Assembly (NCBI GenBank): GCA_963665665.1
Contig: OY762428.1
Location: 1,024,001-1,088,000, forward strand
Reading direction: 5' to 3'
DNA length: 64,000 nt
DNA from: Candidatus Kapaibacterium sp.
GTDB lineage: Bacteria > Bacteroidota > Ignavibacteria > Kapaibacteriales > UBA2268
Shown here: positions 41,301-51,599 of the stretch, one piece after another
Layout of the letters: each line of letters begins with the position of its first letter
How positions within the stretch are numbered: position 1 is the stretch's first letter
Position numbers and translations under genes: made by a program
The notes under the pieces: model-generated
Told to the model about the DNA's origin: nothing
The model's database searches: none
Seen by the model: only the letters and a program-made list of their open reading frames with translations

Positions 41301-42853
41301 AGAGTGATAAATTGATTACAGTTAGCCTCCCCCCCAGAACCTAAACATCTTTGCCATTGAATCTCAGGATTATATTTGTCCTGAATAGGTTTTAGTTCAG
41401 TAATCCTTATTAAGCATTCCTTACTCGGAGCTGACTGAATTTTGTTCCAGTCAAACTTTAGGCCATTAGTTTCTTTTGCAATTATTGACCAGGAGATGCC
41501 ATTGTCGGTACTAAGTTCTATATCAACGCTATCCTGTTCCATCAAACCTTCCCAGGTTACCAATGTATCAGCTCCTGCAAGAAAAACCTCCCCTCCGTTA
41601 GGATGAACAACCTTTAGCACATAGCCATTGGAATTTAAAGTTCTTTCCCCGCCAATAGCATAATAATTAAAATTGCACGGAGCGGCAATAAATTGGAATT
41701 CAACATAAGACAGGCCGGATTTCTCAGGTGTAAAAGTTATTGTAAGCTCTTTGCTTTTTCCCGAATCAAGTAAGAAACTTTTGGGATTTATATCGAAATC
41801 AGGATTGCTGCTTATAATATCTGTAATATTAAACGAACTGTTAATAGCAGTAATAACTAAGCTTGTATCAATCGATTGTCCGGGTTCAATGTTTCCAATT
41901 CTAATAATAGAATATTTATAGGCAATCTTTGCAATCAATTCATCAGGTACGGAATAAACATTTGTTTCAACTTTATTTATCGGCAGACATTCAATTCTGA
42001 GATTTCTATCCTCTTGGCATGATATATCACTTTTCCATGTTATTTCACAGGGTTCTGATGAATAAGCAAACCGAATTATACGATTTACCAAATCATCGAT
42101 CGCCTCTGATTCTGTAATACCGTCATAAAGCATACCATAGGTTGAGTCAGCAATTGTCTTTAAGGAAGATTTTACACCAATATCAGAAGAATTAGATTCT
42201 GAATATATTATTGCAAAAAATTGAATACTATTATTTCTACATAATTCAATGCATTCCTTTACATTATTATCCATATTGCTCCAGTAACCATCTGTATAGA
42301 TAATCGCAACTTTTTTATATTTACCTCTTTTTGCAACATGTATCAAACCTGTATTTGAATTTAGCAACTGTTCATAAATATTTGTTCCCCCACTGGATTC
42401 AAATAACAGCAAGCCATTACGTATTAATTTTCTATCCGTCGTAAAATCCTGAATTATTGATGAATGCGAATCACAAATCAAAAGAGCAGCTTCATTTGGT
42501 GGCATAGGAATTTGATCACATAATCTATTAATAGTTGTTTTTCCTAAATTAATTGGGCTTATATCACTTCTCCCACCCATTGAACCTGAAATATCAATAC
42601 TCATTGTTATTGATAATTTATCAACTTTTGTTTCGGTACAAGTTACATCAATGACTTCCCTCTGAATCCCATCTTCGTAAATGTTAAAATCATCAATAGA
42701 AAAATCTGTCATCTGATTACCAAGAGAATCAAAGGCCCAAAATTTAGCTTTTACAATTGGGAACTCATCTGTATTAATATTAAAAACACTGAATGTTTGA
42801 CCCAAAACCGAATAGGATAGCAGGAAAAAAACAGTAAAAACAATCCTCATCAT
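38303..42853 (-). CDS. Large secreted VWA + Ig-like (choice-of-anchor D) + beta-propeller protein with T9SS CTD
   Basis: MIDAS DISGSM and YTDG; repeated IDFGQV...IKNIG...FSP modules; YGGSKDD repeats; ISPNPA...SGVYYI CTD. Confidence 0.8.
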   Translation of the reverse strand: MMRIVFTVFFLLSYSVLGQTFSVFNINTDEFPIVKAKFWAFDSLGNQMTDFSIDDFNIYEDGIQREVIDVTCTETKVDKLSITMSIDISGSMGGRSDISPINLGKTTINRLCDQIPMPPNEAALLICDSHSSIIQDFTTDRKLIRNGLLLFESSGGTNIYEQLLNSNTGLIHVAKRGKYKKVAIIYTDGYWSNMDNNVKECIELCRNNSIQFFAIIYSESNSSDIGVKSSLKTIADSTYGMLYDGITESEAIDDLVNRIIRFAYSSEPCEITWKSDISCQEDRNLRIECLPINKVETNVYSVPDELIAKIAYKYSIIRIGNIEPGQSIDTSLVITAINSSFNITDIISSNPDFDINPKSFLLDSGKSKELTITFTPEKSGLSYVEFQFIAAPCNFNYYAIGGERTLNSNGYVLKVVHPNGGEVFLAGADTLVTWEGLMEQDSVDIELSTDNGISWSIIAKETNGLKFDWNKIQSAPSKECLIRITELKPIQDKYNPEIQWQRCLGSGGEANCNQFITLADGNCLILSGKGIFKLDKNGNTLWVRDIYYYRGIEKNDGSFNFGRSNKGVVEIAHALDDGRVVEMKNFSGNGSNDFIDIKNTYDGGNIIAISSSSSDGIFRQNKGGYDYYLIKTDENMNVQWVKNYGGSKDDKISCIDLTIDGGFIIAGVTSSEDGDIGNKIESSKFWIIKVDYSGQLVWNKLIDKDNYNEIHDIKVNDFGNIYLCGIKSRDFFLIKLNSNGKILFKKNFGGSEDDCAYSLVNSYNDGCTLGGYTYSNDGDVQNNWGYYDFWIVNIDKDGNILWEKNLGGPKWDRLTAIGILQDGGIIAGGPSSSYYGDVKAHGRYSFWVAKLYPEELPGQMDVSDSLFSIVTPVVESIDIDMKQVLVGSNKDSLITDFVINTGEWPCRMDSIYFKIGGGIFSVVSGFPKYTVGVGASHFCEIRFSPKKAILYEAEMIIISQSDTLRHKIFGEGIEPKLEILNNLIDFGQVVVGENKDTLQITTIKNIGDSPVRITKTKYALQNEEEYSTISGGGPFVINPGQEWLMDIRFSPVRSGRKSGLLEFYFDGLGSPAKLQLFGEGIVVPKISATFAGFGNLLCEPAIYSNIYIENIGQDTLVVKDINISGINEEDFVVNEIFPFKIEPDSSKNVNILFRPSTTGEKEAELSIYSNSYIDSILNIPITGRKDSVNIHWKDDIIDLGTVNTGETIDTTIQLINNGTIRNTAFVDGSGVFDFNSDRFVIAAEDFGNLKISFPGIAYESIIDENLNLIDSICKRKSNIRILLEIVKEEIPLAVAQLKIPDKKAETGEIISVPIFLENIENQLPEGIKLESVDLEYNPSLLYPIDYEQVLIDNYKASITLDSLIIDGVPGDTLSRVRFITGLGNSPECPLILSNPIYDLNSASIIFIDGKFTLSNICREGGARLVNPFAESGIINISPNPAEDKLKIEIGLVENGIYELCIYNIYGQRVKSIDSGLNDQIVIRSVETDIRDVASGVYYIVLMTRNQYFTKKILIGK

Positions 42854-43050
42854 AAACCCTCCACCGGTAATATAAATTACGTTATAATTTTACAACAAAT
42901 TAAAATCATTAAAGTTTCAATTTTTAATATTTTTTTAATACTATAACAATGAACAACTGATATTTCCAAGATTTGAAAAATATCCAAAACACTAACCATC
43001 ATTGAATCTCGTATTCAATTATGGGAGTATTTCATTATGTGGTGTGTATT

Positions 43051-44151
43051 ATGAAGTTTCATTTCTTTATTTTTTTTCTTTTGATTAGCTCATATGCAAA
43101 AGCATCCGACAGCACTGGTATTATACATATTGCCGATAAGATTTTTAAACCGATAAATGAAGATAACACTAAACTGGAATGGATGCCTCTTGCCAATTAT
43201 GATTCGGATCTTGGATTCGGATTTGGCACAAAGGGATTTTATTTAAATCCTTTTGATCATGATGAATCATTTGATCTGATACTATTTGCAAGTACCGGAG
43301 GCGAAAGGCTCATACGGTTCACGTTTTCTTATCCGGATATTGAAACAAGGCAGGGCACAGAATACCCGCTGGCCGTTGATTTCCTAATAGATATCAACCC
43401 GCTGACTATTACTTATGCCTATTCGACAAATATGCTCCAAAGCAAAGATTATGATGCAAAATACAGGGATATACCAATATTATTAAGCCTTGTTTTCAGC
43501 CGGGGTTTTTCCGAAGAATTTGTTGGAAGTGCTGCCCTCAGATATAATTATCTGAGCTATGACAAATTCAATCCAAGACATGATGCAGTCGCGCTTTATG
43601 ATGATGATGTATATTCAGCACCTTCAATTTTTCTAAACCTGTTTCTCGATAAAAGAGACAGCCATATCAGGCCTACAGAAGGATATAAACTCAGCGCCGA
43701 GACGGAATTATACCTGACTGATTTCGATCCTTCTGAAAGATTCACCCGTATAATGACCGAAGCCGCCTATTATAAAAAATTTCTAAACTACTTTATTTTT
43801 GCAACAAGAATTCAGTACAATACTTATTTGGAATCATCGCCGCCATTTCAGCTGCAACACAAACTGGGTGGCAATAAAACTCTCAGAGGCTATCCCAGGT
43901 ATTATTTCCGCGGGCGCTCTACACTTCTATCAAATACTGAAATCCGGGTAACTCTCCCCTATAATTTAGGTTTAATTATGGGGGCCGACGCCGGAAAGGC
44001 ATGGGATACTACTCCGGACAACCTGAAGGACGCTGCATCGAATTTTATTTCAGGGTTGCGTTACTTTTTTAAAACATTTGTTGTAGGCTTTGATTTGGGA
44101 TTCAGTGAAAATCACATAGGTGCATACTTTAGCTTCGGGCATCTATTTTAA
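43051..44151 (+). CDS. Omp85/BamA-type surface-antigen barrel lacking POTRA domains
   Basis: PLANYDSDLGFGFG, LGGNKTLRGY, terminal YFSFGHLF. Confidence 0.75.
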   Translation: MKFHFFIFFLLISSYAKASDSTGIIHIADKIFKPINEDNTKLEWMPLANYDSDLGFGFGTKGFYLNPFDHDESFDLILFASTGGERLIRFTFSYPDIETRQGTEYPLAVDFLIDINPLTITYAYSTNMLQSKDYDAKYRDIPILLSLVFSRGFSEEFVGSAALRYNYLSYDKFNPRHDAVALYDDDVYSAPSIFLNLFLDKRDSHIRPTEGYKLSAETELYLTDFDPSERFTRIMTEAAYYKKFLNYFIFATRIQYNTYLESSPPFQLQHKLGGNKTLRGYPRYYFRGRSTLLSNTEIRVTLPYNLGLIMGADAGKAWDTTPDNLKDAASNFISGLRYFFKTFVVGFDLGFSENHIGAYFSFGHLF

Positions 44152-44200
44152 AAAAAGTTCACCGGTTATAATAAAATACCCGGTGAACTTTGAAAACAAA

Positions 44201-46117
44201 TTACTCTGCTGATGGGAGGTTCTTATTATCCTTCTGTGTTGCAAGTGAAACAATTATCAGAACAACAAGAGCCAGCGTAAATGATATAATTGCAGGATTG
44301 TCCAGCATGTGCGGAGCGTTTGCACTATCAAGCCCATAACGGTCCCACATCGTTGGTGATGTAAGAATAATGCCGAGAGCTGAAACGATACCAGTCAGAA
44401 TGGACCAGGCAATGCCTTTTGCAGTTGTTTTCTTCCAGAACAACAACATCAATATTGCCGGCAGGTTAGCTGAAGCAGCAACAGCAAATGCCCACCCGAC
44501 AAGGAAAGACACATTCATCCCCTTGAAAGCAATACCAAGAACAATAGCAACAATACCAACGGAAAATGCAGCTATCTTACCTGCTTTTACTTTCTTGTCG
44601 TCACTAAGGTTTTTACCCATGTATTTATCGATTATATCGTGGGCAATGGCACCGGATGAAGCAACAATCAAACCGCTGACAGTTCCGAGGATTGTGGCAA
44701 ACGCTATTGCCGAAATGATAGAAAACAATCCCACCCCGAAGGCTTTAGCAAGCAACGGAGCAGACATATTACTGGATTCCACGTCAAGAACCCCGTTTAC
44801 AGCAGCACCAAGGCCCATGAACATAGTCAGTACATAAAAACCGCCAATAGCAGCAATTGCAATAATTGTAGATTTACGGGCATCTTTTGCACTTGGAACA
44901 GTATAATACCTGATAAGGATATGCGGCAATGAAGCCGTACCGAGGAAGAGTGCAAGCATAAGTGATACGAAATTCCATTTCGACCAGGAGTTGGCTCCTT
45001 CGCCGATTTTAAATTTCAGGCCGGGAATCATCATCGCTTTACCGGATGTTATATTCTGATACCATACCGTTATATTGTTCCCTTCATCATCAAATTTTAC
45101 TTTTGAGAACCTTACAATTTCACTATTCTCAATTGTTTCCAGAAATTCAAACGGCCCCAAAGGTCCGGTCTCTGAAACTTCCTCGCCATCAACAATGATT
45201 TTGCTCATATGCCCGACAGGAAAGAATTTTCTTGCTTCTTTATCTTCCCCATTATAAAGCTTTCTACCGTCAGCCATATCGCTTATTGAAAGCATTTCTT
45301 TCAAAGTTGGTTTTCCTTCTACATCTACGAGATTAAACCACCTTATTACTCCTGCTTTCTCAAGCTTTACAAATTGATGGCCTTTAATTTCTTTTGTCCC
45401 AAGAACTTTATATCCGTCAACACTTATTGTGTTGCTTTCAATAACCGCTGTCAGGCTGATAAATTCATGATATTTCTGCTCTTCATTATCAGGCTGTAAA
45501 CTGAAACCGTTATTAAAAATGTAAAAAGACAATATAGTTGAGAAAATCAACAGAAGGCCGCCTTTGATAAACTGCACGTAAGTTGTGGAGGTCATACCGG
45601 CTGTAGCTACTATGAAAATAACAATAGCCCCGACAATAACAACACCAACCCAGTGTGGCAGTCCAAGCAGCGGAGTTACGAGTGCCCCGGCACCAACCAT
45701 CTGTGGAATAAGATAAAATATTGAAACTATCAAAGTGCTGATAGCCGCAGTTATCTGAATTGCTTTTGAATTGAATTTTGAATCCAAAGCATCTGTAAAA
45801 GTGAACTTCCCAAGTCGTTTCAAAGGTTCCGCTACCAGGAATAAAGCCACAATCCAGCCTGCAAGATAGCCAATGGAATAAAGAAAACCGTCATAACCCA
45901 TAAATGCGATCATACCGCAAATACCAAGGAATGATGCAGCAGACAAATAATCTCCTGCAAAAGCAATACCGTTCACTGCCCAGTGAATGGTTCCCCCGGC
46001 TGCAAAATAATTTTGAGCTGATTTTGTTTTACGGGCGAAATAAAAAGATAGGCCCAGAACAAAAGCTACAAAAATTACAAATAAAATTACTGCAAAGGGT
46101 GAAGCTTCATAAATCAT
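44201..46117 (-). CDS. actP: Cation/acetate symporter ActP (SSS family)
   Basis: NGIAFAGDYLSAASFLGI, YLIPQMVGAG, GTASLPHILIRYYTVP, AFAVAASANLP. Confidence 0.92.
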   Translation of the reverse strand: MIYEASPFAVILFVIFVAFVLGLSFYFARKTKSAQNYFAAGGTIHWAVNGIAFAGDYLSAASFLGICGMIAFMGYDGFLYSIGYLAGWIVALFLVAEPLKRLGKFTFTDALDSKFNSKAIQITAAISTLIVSIFYLIPQMVGAGALVTPLLGLPHWVGVVIVGAIVIFIVATAGMTSTTYVQFIKGGLLLIFSTILSFYIFNNGFSLQPDNEEQKYHEFISLTAVIESNTISVDGYKVLGTKEIKGHQFVKLEKAGVIRWFNLVDVEGKPTLKEMLSISDMADGRKLYNGEDKEARKFFPVGHMSKIIVDGEEVSETGPLGPFEFLETIENSEIVRFSKVKFDDEGNNITVWYQNITSGKAMMIPGLKFKIGEGANSWSKWNFVSLMLALFLGTASLPHILIRYYTVPSAKDARKSTIIAIAAIGGFYVLTMFMGLGAAVNGVLDVESSNMSAPLLAKAFGVGLFSIISAIAFATILGTVSGLIVASSGAIAHDIIDKYMGKNLSDDKKVKAGKIAAFSVGIVAIVLGIAFKGMNVSFLVGWAFAVAASANLPAILMLLFWKKTTAKGIAWSILTGIVSALGIILTSPTMWDRYGLDSANAPHMLDNPAIISFTLALVVLIIVSLATQKDNKNLPSAE

Positions 46118-46395
46118 AATTCTTCCTCTTTGTTCATTCGATCTTCATATTTCGTACATATCATGTTGTAAACAACTCCAAGAATTATTGCCAGGATGAT
46201 CAGGCCGAAACCATAAGTAACAGCAAGGTTTTGTCCCATAAATACGATTTCACTCATTGCCTCGAAATTGATAACAGCAATTGCAACGAAAATGGAATAC
46301 ACGATAAAATAAAGGATAAAAAGCCAAACCCCCAATTTTGCCTTCTTTTCCGCAGCATTGTCCTTACCCATTTGAACTGCCGGACCATGTTGCAT
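46114..46395 (-). CDS. DUF485 (YjcH-like) membrane protein
   Basis: 2 TM segments, NLAVTYGFGLI; overlaps the actP start, as in the canonical yjcH-actP pair. Confidence 0.85.
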   Translation of the reverse strand: MQHGPAVQMGKDNAAEKKAKLGVWLFILYFIVYSIFVAIAVINFEAMSEIVFMGQNLAVTYGFGLIILAIILGVVYNMICTKYEDRMNKEEEL

Positions 46396-46639
46396 GTTGA
46401 CCTCCGAAAAAAATTAATAAATGAACGTCTGCGACGCTAAAAAATAAGTTCCGAAGATAAGTCTTTCGGCTGATTGCTAACTGCATTATTTTTATTCTAT
46501 GTACTGCGTGTTGCTAAATGCTATTATCCGATATAAATATTTTGAAATAATTCCCATACTTCAATTTCAGGTGGATAGTTATTAATTTTTTCCCTAATTT
46601 TAAATGATAAGCAAATATTTTCCAATATTGGATCATTAG

Positions 46640-49435
46640 ATGAAAATATCCGAACATGCAGCCAGCAGTGAAAAACAAACAGGTATAAGAGGTGAAGATA
46701 TCCATAAATGGATTGACGGATTCTTTGATTACCAGGGCCTGAAACAATTCCTGAAAGCCGAGAATAACAGGAAATACGATCCATACGGGCATCGAAAATA
46801 CCGTCACTGCTATGAAGCATTGGAAGAAGCTTATATTGAGTTCGAACACAAATATACCCGCGAACAGATAAAATCAGTTTTCGAATGTCATATCAAAGAT
46901 GACTATGACGGCTATCTGCCAACCAGGGATGATTTTATTAATGGGACTTTTAAGGAAAAATATCATGAGGAAGAGAGGGTGGGGCAGGATGATTCCATTT
47001 TAAGCCCTGAGGAACTGAATCAATACTTCAAAGGAAAAAGATATTCAAAATTCAGGTCGCCAAATAGAAAAATTTCTTCTTTTTTCAGGTTGAAGATTGT
47101 AATGCCGACAGTAGTAGCAATTGTTCTTTTTGTTAGTTCTGTTTTTGCAATTATCATCCCGGTGTTCAGAACAAACATCATGGATAAGAAAAAAGAAATG
47201 ATTAAAGAACTAACAGTTGCGGCTATAAGTATTATTGATGAAAAAGTGAAGCTCTATCAATCCGGCAAACTAACTCTGGCTGAAGCTCAGAACCTTGCTC
47301 TTAAGGAAATTGACGGCATGAGATACGGGGATGAGATGAAAGATTATTTCTGGATTACAGATATGCATCCAACCATGCTGATGCACCCCTACAGAACCGA
47401 ACTGACTGGCAAAGATCTTTCAAATTATAAGGATCGGGAAAACAAAAGCGGCAAACGATTATTTGTTGAATTTGTTAATATCGTTAAGAAAGACGGCGAG
47501 GGCTACCTTCAGTACCTGTGGCAATGGAAGGATGATTCCACAAGGATTGCCCCAAAGTTGTCCTATGTCAGGGGGATTAAAGAATGGGGATGGATTATCG
47601 GCACGGGTATATATATTAACGATGTAACTGATGAAATAAATGATCTTTCCTTTAATCTTTTTATGGTTTTCCTTCTGATTTCAATAGTTCTTATCGGGCT
47701 TCTGACCTATGTTATCATGCAGAGCTTTAAAATTGACAGGGAATTGATCAAAGCCGAATCAGGACTGCGTGAAGCTAAAAATCGTTACAGGGCTTTAGTG
47801 GAAGCTTCCAACGAAGGGCATGTTCTTGTTATGGATGGAAGAAATGTTTATTCAAATCATACATTCAAGAAATTATTCGGGCTGTCAGAAAGTGAAATAA
47901 TATCAAAAAACATTTCAGAAATAATACCCGGGGATATTGGATCAAATAAAAAAGCAATTGAAAAACTCAGAGAAATTGCTAATGGCAATATTTCTGAAAC
48001 TGAATTTGAAGCTCAGATAAAATCGCCTGATAAAAAAATCATTAATGTAATATTTTCAACTTCGAAAATTTTCTTCTCTCAGAAAAAAGGCTGCATTATT
48101 TCAGTCAGGCCGATTGTAAGGAAAAAAATAAACTTCCTTTTGGAATCTTATGGGAATACCAAATACCATCCCGGCTCTTTATTTGTTTCTAAAAAGGCAG
48201 GAGAGCTTTGCAGGCCGTTTACATCAGACAGCTCTTTGGATAGCAATCCTGTTAAAGTAGGTTCAAATACAACTGTCTTTGAAGTACTGGCAATTATGAA
48301 CCACAAGAAGAAAGATAGGCTTTACGTTGTGGACAGCGAGGAAAAAATTACAGGAATTATTGGCTACTATGATATTGCCATGATGTATGCCGGTTTGCCT
48401 ACAGGTATCTTATACGAAATTCGTCACAGCAGCAATATGGGCAACATAGTCAAAACTTTGGAGCGAATGCCTGAAATGGTTCTGGAATTCACGCGCCAGG
48501 GAGCTTCATCTGAAGTAATAAGGGATAGTGTTGGTAAAGTCTATGAAACAGCAATTAGAAAAATAATAATATTATCACTTAAGGAAGTAGAACTTCCGGA
48601 TGTTAAATTTACATTTTTATCGCTTGGAAGCACTGCCCGTCACGAGATGACACTGTTTTCCGATCAGGATAATGCTCTGATTTTTGAGGATGTTGATAAT
48701 AAAGACCTTCAGATAGTAAGAATGCAGTTCCTTAACTTTGCTGACAAAGTATGTTCGAAAATGCAAAAAGCCGGATATCCCTATTGCCCCGGAGGAATAA
48801 TGGCGGTTAACCCGAAATGGTGTTTATCATTATCTGAATGGAAACAGCAATTTAAAAGATGGATTTATGCAGCTACCCCCGAATCGCTCCTGGGAATACA
48901 TGTTTTCTTTGATATTGAACCTGTTTATGGCGATATGAAACTGATGGACAGTTTGAATGATAATATTAAGGTACTGATAAGGGACAGGCCGGAATTCTTT
49001 GTTCACTATGCCCGAAATTGCCTGTCATACAGGGAACCACTATCGTTTCTCGGGAACATTAGCACTAAAACAAAGGACGGAGTTAAAACCATCAACCTGA
49101 AAGAATGCCTGATGCCGATTGTAAATTTTGCAAGGATATACGCTCTTCGATATCATTTTACCGTACCAGGAACAAAATCCAGGCTTGAGGAACTGCTGAA
49201 ACATAGCATCCTTCAGGAAAAATCATTTCACGAGCTGATTTATCTTTTCAATCATTTATGGCATCTTCGATTTTACAACCAAATGGTGGCACATGAAGGT
49301 TTAAGAGCTGTCAATGACGAACTTGATATCAATTATCTAACGGAAATTGAAAAATCAAACCTTAAAAATATTTTATCAGAAATTTCAAAATTTCAGTCGA
49401 AAATCAATTACGATTTTCTTGGAGGATCAGTATAA
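46640..49435 (+). CDS. Membrane multidomain protein: His-rich N-domain, TM, Cache_2, TM, PAS, CBS, DUF294 nucleotidyltransferase + DUF294_C
   Basis: MRYG...DYFWITD...MLMHP...GYLQYLW..PKLSYV...WGWIIGTGIY (sCache_2); RYRALVEAS (PAS); LGSTARHEMTLFSDQDNAL and CPGGIMAVNPKW (DUF294). Confidence 0.85.
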   Translation: MKISEHAASSEKQTGIRGEDIHKWIDGFFDYQGLKQFLKAENNRKYDPYGHRKYRHCYEALEEAYIEFEHKYTREQIKSVFECHIKDDYDGYLPTRDDFINGTFKEKYHEEERVGQDDSILSPEELNQYFKGKRYSKFRSPNRKISSFFRLKIVMPTVVAIVLFVSSVFAIIIPVFRTNIMDKKKEMIKELTVAAISIIDEKVKLYQSGKLTLAEAQNLALKEIDGMRYGDEMKDYFWITDMHPTMLMHPYRTELTGKDLSNYKDRENKSGKRLFVEFVNIVKKDGEGYLQYLWQWKDDSTRIAPKLSYVRGIKEWGWIIGTGIYINDVTDEINDLSFNLFMVFLLISIVLIGLLTYVIMQSFKIDRELIKAESGLREAKNRYRALVEASNEGHVLVMDGRNVYSNHTFKKLFGLSESEIISKNISEIIPGDIGSNKKAIEKLREIANGNISETEFEAQIKSPDKKIINVIFSTSKIFFSQKKGCIISVRPIVRKKINFLLESYGNTKYHPGSLFVSKKAGELCRPFTSDSSLDSNPVKVGSNTTVFEVLAIMNHKKKDRLYVVDSEEKITGIIGYYDIAMMYAGLPTGILYEIRHSSNMGNIVKTLERMPEMVLEFTRQGASSEVIRDSVGKVYETAIRKIIILSLKEVELPDVKFTFLSLGSTARHEMTLFSDQDNALIFEDVDNKDLQIVRMQFLNFADKVCSKMQKAGYPYCPGGIMAVNPKWCLSLSEWKQQFKRWIYAATPESLLGIHVFFDIEPVYGDMKLMDSLNDNIKVLIRDRPEFFVHYARNCLSYREPLSFLGNISTKTKDGVKTINLKECLMPIVNFARIYALRYHFTVPGTKSRLEELLKHSILQEKSFHELIYLFNHLWHLRFYNQMVAHEGLRAVNDELDINYLTEIEKSNLKNILSEISKFQSKINYDFLGGSV

Positions 49436-49672
49436 ATTATGAAAAAATATATATATGAAGTTCAATTTTATTATAATATTCTGATTTGCCGGTTCTGACA
49501 ACAATATTGAAATTCGATAAATGCCTAAAGCAGCAAATGTTTCTTTACACTATGGCGGCAAAGTGTTATTTGCGTAACAATCCATTGTTGTCTGGTCCAT
49601 GAAATTTTAGTCTCACGGAAAAATGCAAATTGCAAAAAATCAGACTGATTTTAAGTTTCAACTTAAAATAAT

Positions 49673-51196
49673 TTATACCAAAACACTCCCTGTCATTTCT
49701 TCGGGAACAGGAAGGCCCATAATAGCCAATGCAGTTGGAGCTACATCAGCAAGAATGCCTTCTTTTATCTTAGAATAATCATCGGATATAAGAATAAGCG
49801 GCACCGGATTGAGCGAGTGAGCAGTATTGGGGCTCCCGTCCTGATTCACAGCATTGTCCGCATTTCCGTGATCGGCAATAATAATTGCGTCGTATCCGTT
49901 TTCACGGCACGCTTTAATAACATCGCCCACGCAAGTATCCACTGTTTCCACAGCTTTGATTATTGCTTCGTAAATTCCCGTGTGGCCTACCATATCGCCA
50001 TTGGCAAAGTTCAGGCAAACAAAATCAACTTCCTGCTTTTTCAATTCTTCAACAATTGCATCCTTAACAATCGGGGCGCTCATTTCCGGCTGCAGATCAT
50101 AAGTTGCCACTTTCGGCGATGGAATAAGAATTCTTTTCTCGCCGGGGAATTCCGCTTCTCTGCCGCCTGAAAAGAAAAATGTTACATGAGCATATTTCTC
50201 TGTTTCGGCAATTCTTATCTGCTTTTTATTATTTAACGACAGGTATTCGCCCATTGTCATTTTCACATTCTCTTTGTCATATACTATATGGACATTTTTA
50301 AAAGTATCATCGTACCTGGTCATTGTTAGATAATACAATTGCATTGTTTTCATTTCATACTCGGGGATATCTTTCTGGCTCAGTGCAATGGAAATTTCCC
50401 GAAGCCTGTCGGTTCTGAAATTGAAGCAAAGAACAACATCACCATCTTTGATAGTCGATAAAGGCACTCCGTTTTCGTCAACAATTGAAACAGGCTTGAT
50501 GAATTCATCAGTTACACCATTCTCATAAGACGTTTTTATAGCATCGAGAGAATTTGTAAATTTTTCACCTTTGCCGGAAACAAGCAGGTCGTATCCCTGT
50601 TTAACTCTTTCCCAGCGCTTATCCCTGTCCATGGTGTAATATCTGCCGCATACGCTGGCTACTTTTGCATTCAAAGGTTGGATGTGTTTTTCAAGATTTT
50701 CAACAAATCCAAGTCCGCTGCGTGGATCAGTATCCCTACCGTCCATCAGGGCATGAATAAAGACTTTTTTAAGTCCCCGGGTTTCAGCCATATCACATAA
50801 TTTATAAAGATGTTTATCTGAAGAATGCACTCCCCCATCGGATACCAAACCGAGAAAATGCACCTGTTTGTTATTGGTTTTTGCATAATCAAAAGCATTA
50901 TTAAGGATTTCGTTTTCTTCAATCGAATTATCCTCAATAGCCTTGTTGATTTTTACAAGGTCCTGATATACAACCCTGCCGGCTCCGATATTCAGGTGTC
51001 CAACTTCAGAATTTCCCATTTGTCCGTCCGGCAGCCCCACTTTTTCGCCTGAAGTAAAAAGCCTTGCAGTTGGATATTTTTCCATCAGAGCGTCAATATT
51101 TGGAGTATTCCCGGTGAAAATGGCATCCGAATTATCATGTTTTCCAATTCCCCACCCGTCAAGTATCATCAAGAGAAGTTTTTTATTATTTTTCAT
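49673..51196 (-). CDS. gpmI: 2,3-bisphosphoglycerate-independent phosphoglycerate mutase
   Basis: [46 protein letters not shown]. Confidence 0.97.
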   Translation of the reverse strand: MKNNKKLLLMILDGWGIGKHDNSDAIFTGNTPNIDALMEKYPTARLFTSGEKVGLPDGQMGNSEVGHLNIGAGRVVYQDLVKINKAIEDNSIEENEILNNAFDYAKTNNKQVHFLGLVSDGGVHSSDKHLYKLCDMAETRGLKKVFIHALMDGRDTDPRSGLGFVENLEKHIQPLNAKVASVCGRYYTMDRDKRWERVKQGYDLLVSGKGEKFTNSLDAIKTSYENGVTDEFIKPVSIVDENGVPLSTIKDGDVVLCFNFRTDRLREISIALSQKDIPEYEMKTMQLYYLTMTRYDDTFKNVHIVYDKENVKMTMGEYLSLNNKKQIRIAETEKYAHVTFFFSGGREAEFPGEKRILIPSPKVATYDLQPEMSAPIVKDAIVEELKKQEVDFVCLNFANGDMVGHTGIYEAIIKAVETVDTCVGDVIKACRENGYDAIIIADHGNADNAVNQDGSPNTAHSLNPVPLILISDDYSKIKEGILADVAPTALAIMGLPVPEEMTGSVLV

Positions 51197-51599
51197 TTTC
51201 AATATCAATTTATGTTAAAAATTATTTCCGTAAATAGTCAATCAATCAATAGACATTTCAAAATCATTTAGATTTTAACAGATACAAAATTAAAGAATAT
51301 TATTATACCCGAAACAGAATTATTCTCCGGAATAAAATTTCGATTATAATCGGAATAAATAAGCTACGCCTTGCTTTTTTATTACGAAACAATGAACTAT
51401 TGAATTTTTTCAGATGCGGCATATACCAGCAGTACGTCTTATTCCAAATAGCTTCGGAAGGGCGTTAACAGAAGCGGACCGGTTATAATCGTAAACAGAA
51501 GTGCAGTAAAATACCAGGGGCAAGGAGAAGTTTTTAAAATTTGTACTCTTTGAAATAATTTCCTATTTTATTCCAAATACTTGTGCAAAGGGAAAAAAG

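Noticed and set aside
51400-51540. GC-richer intergenic patch as a riboswitch
   Set aside because: I could not match it to any riboswitch consensus; an Rfam scan would be needed.
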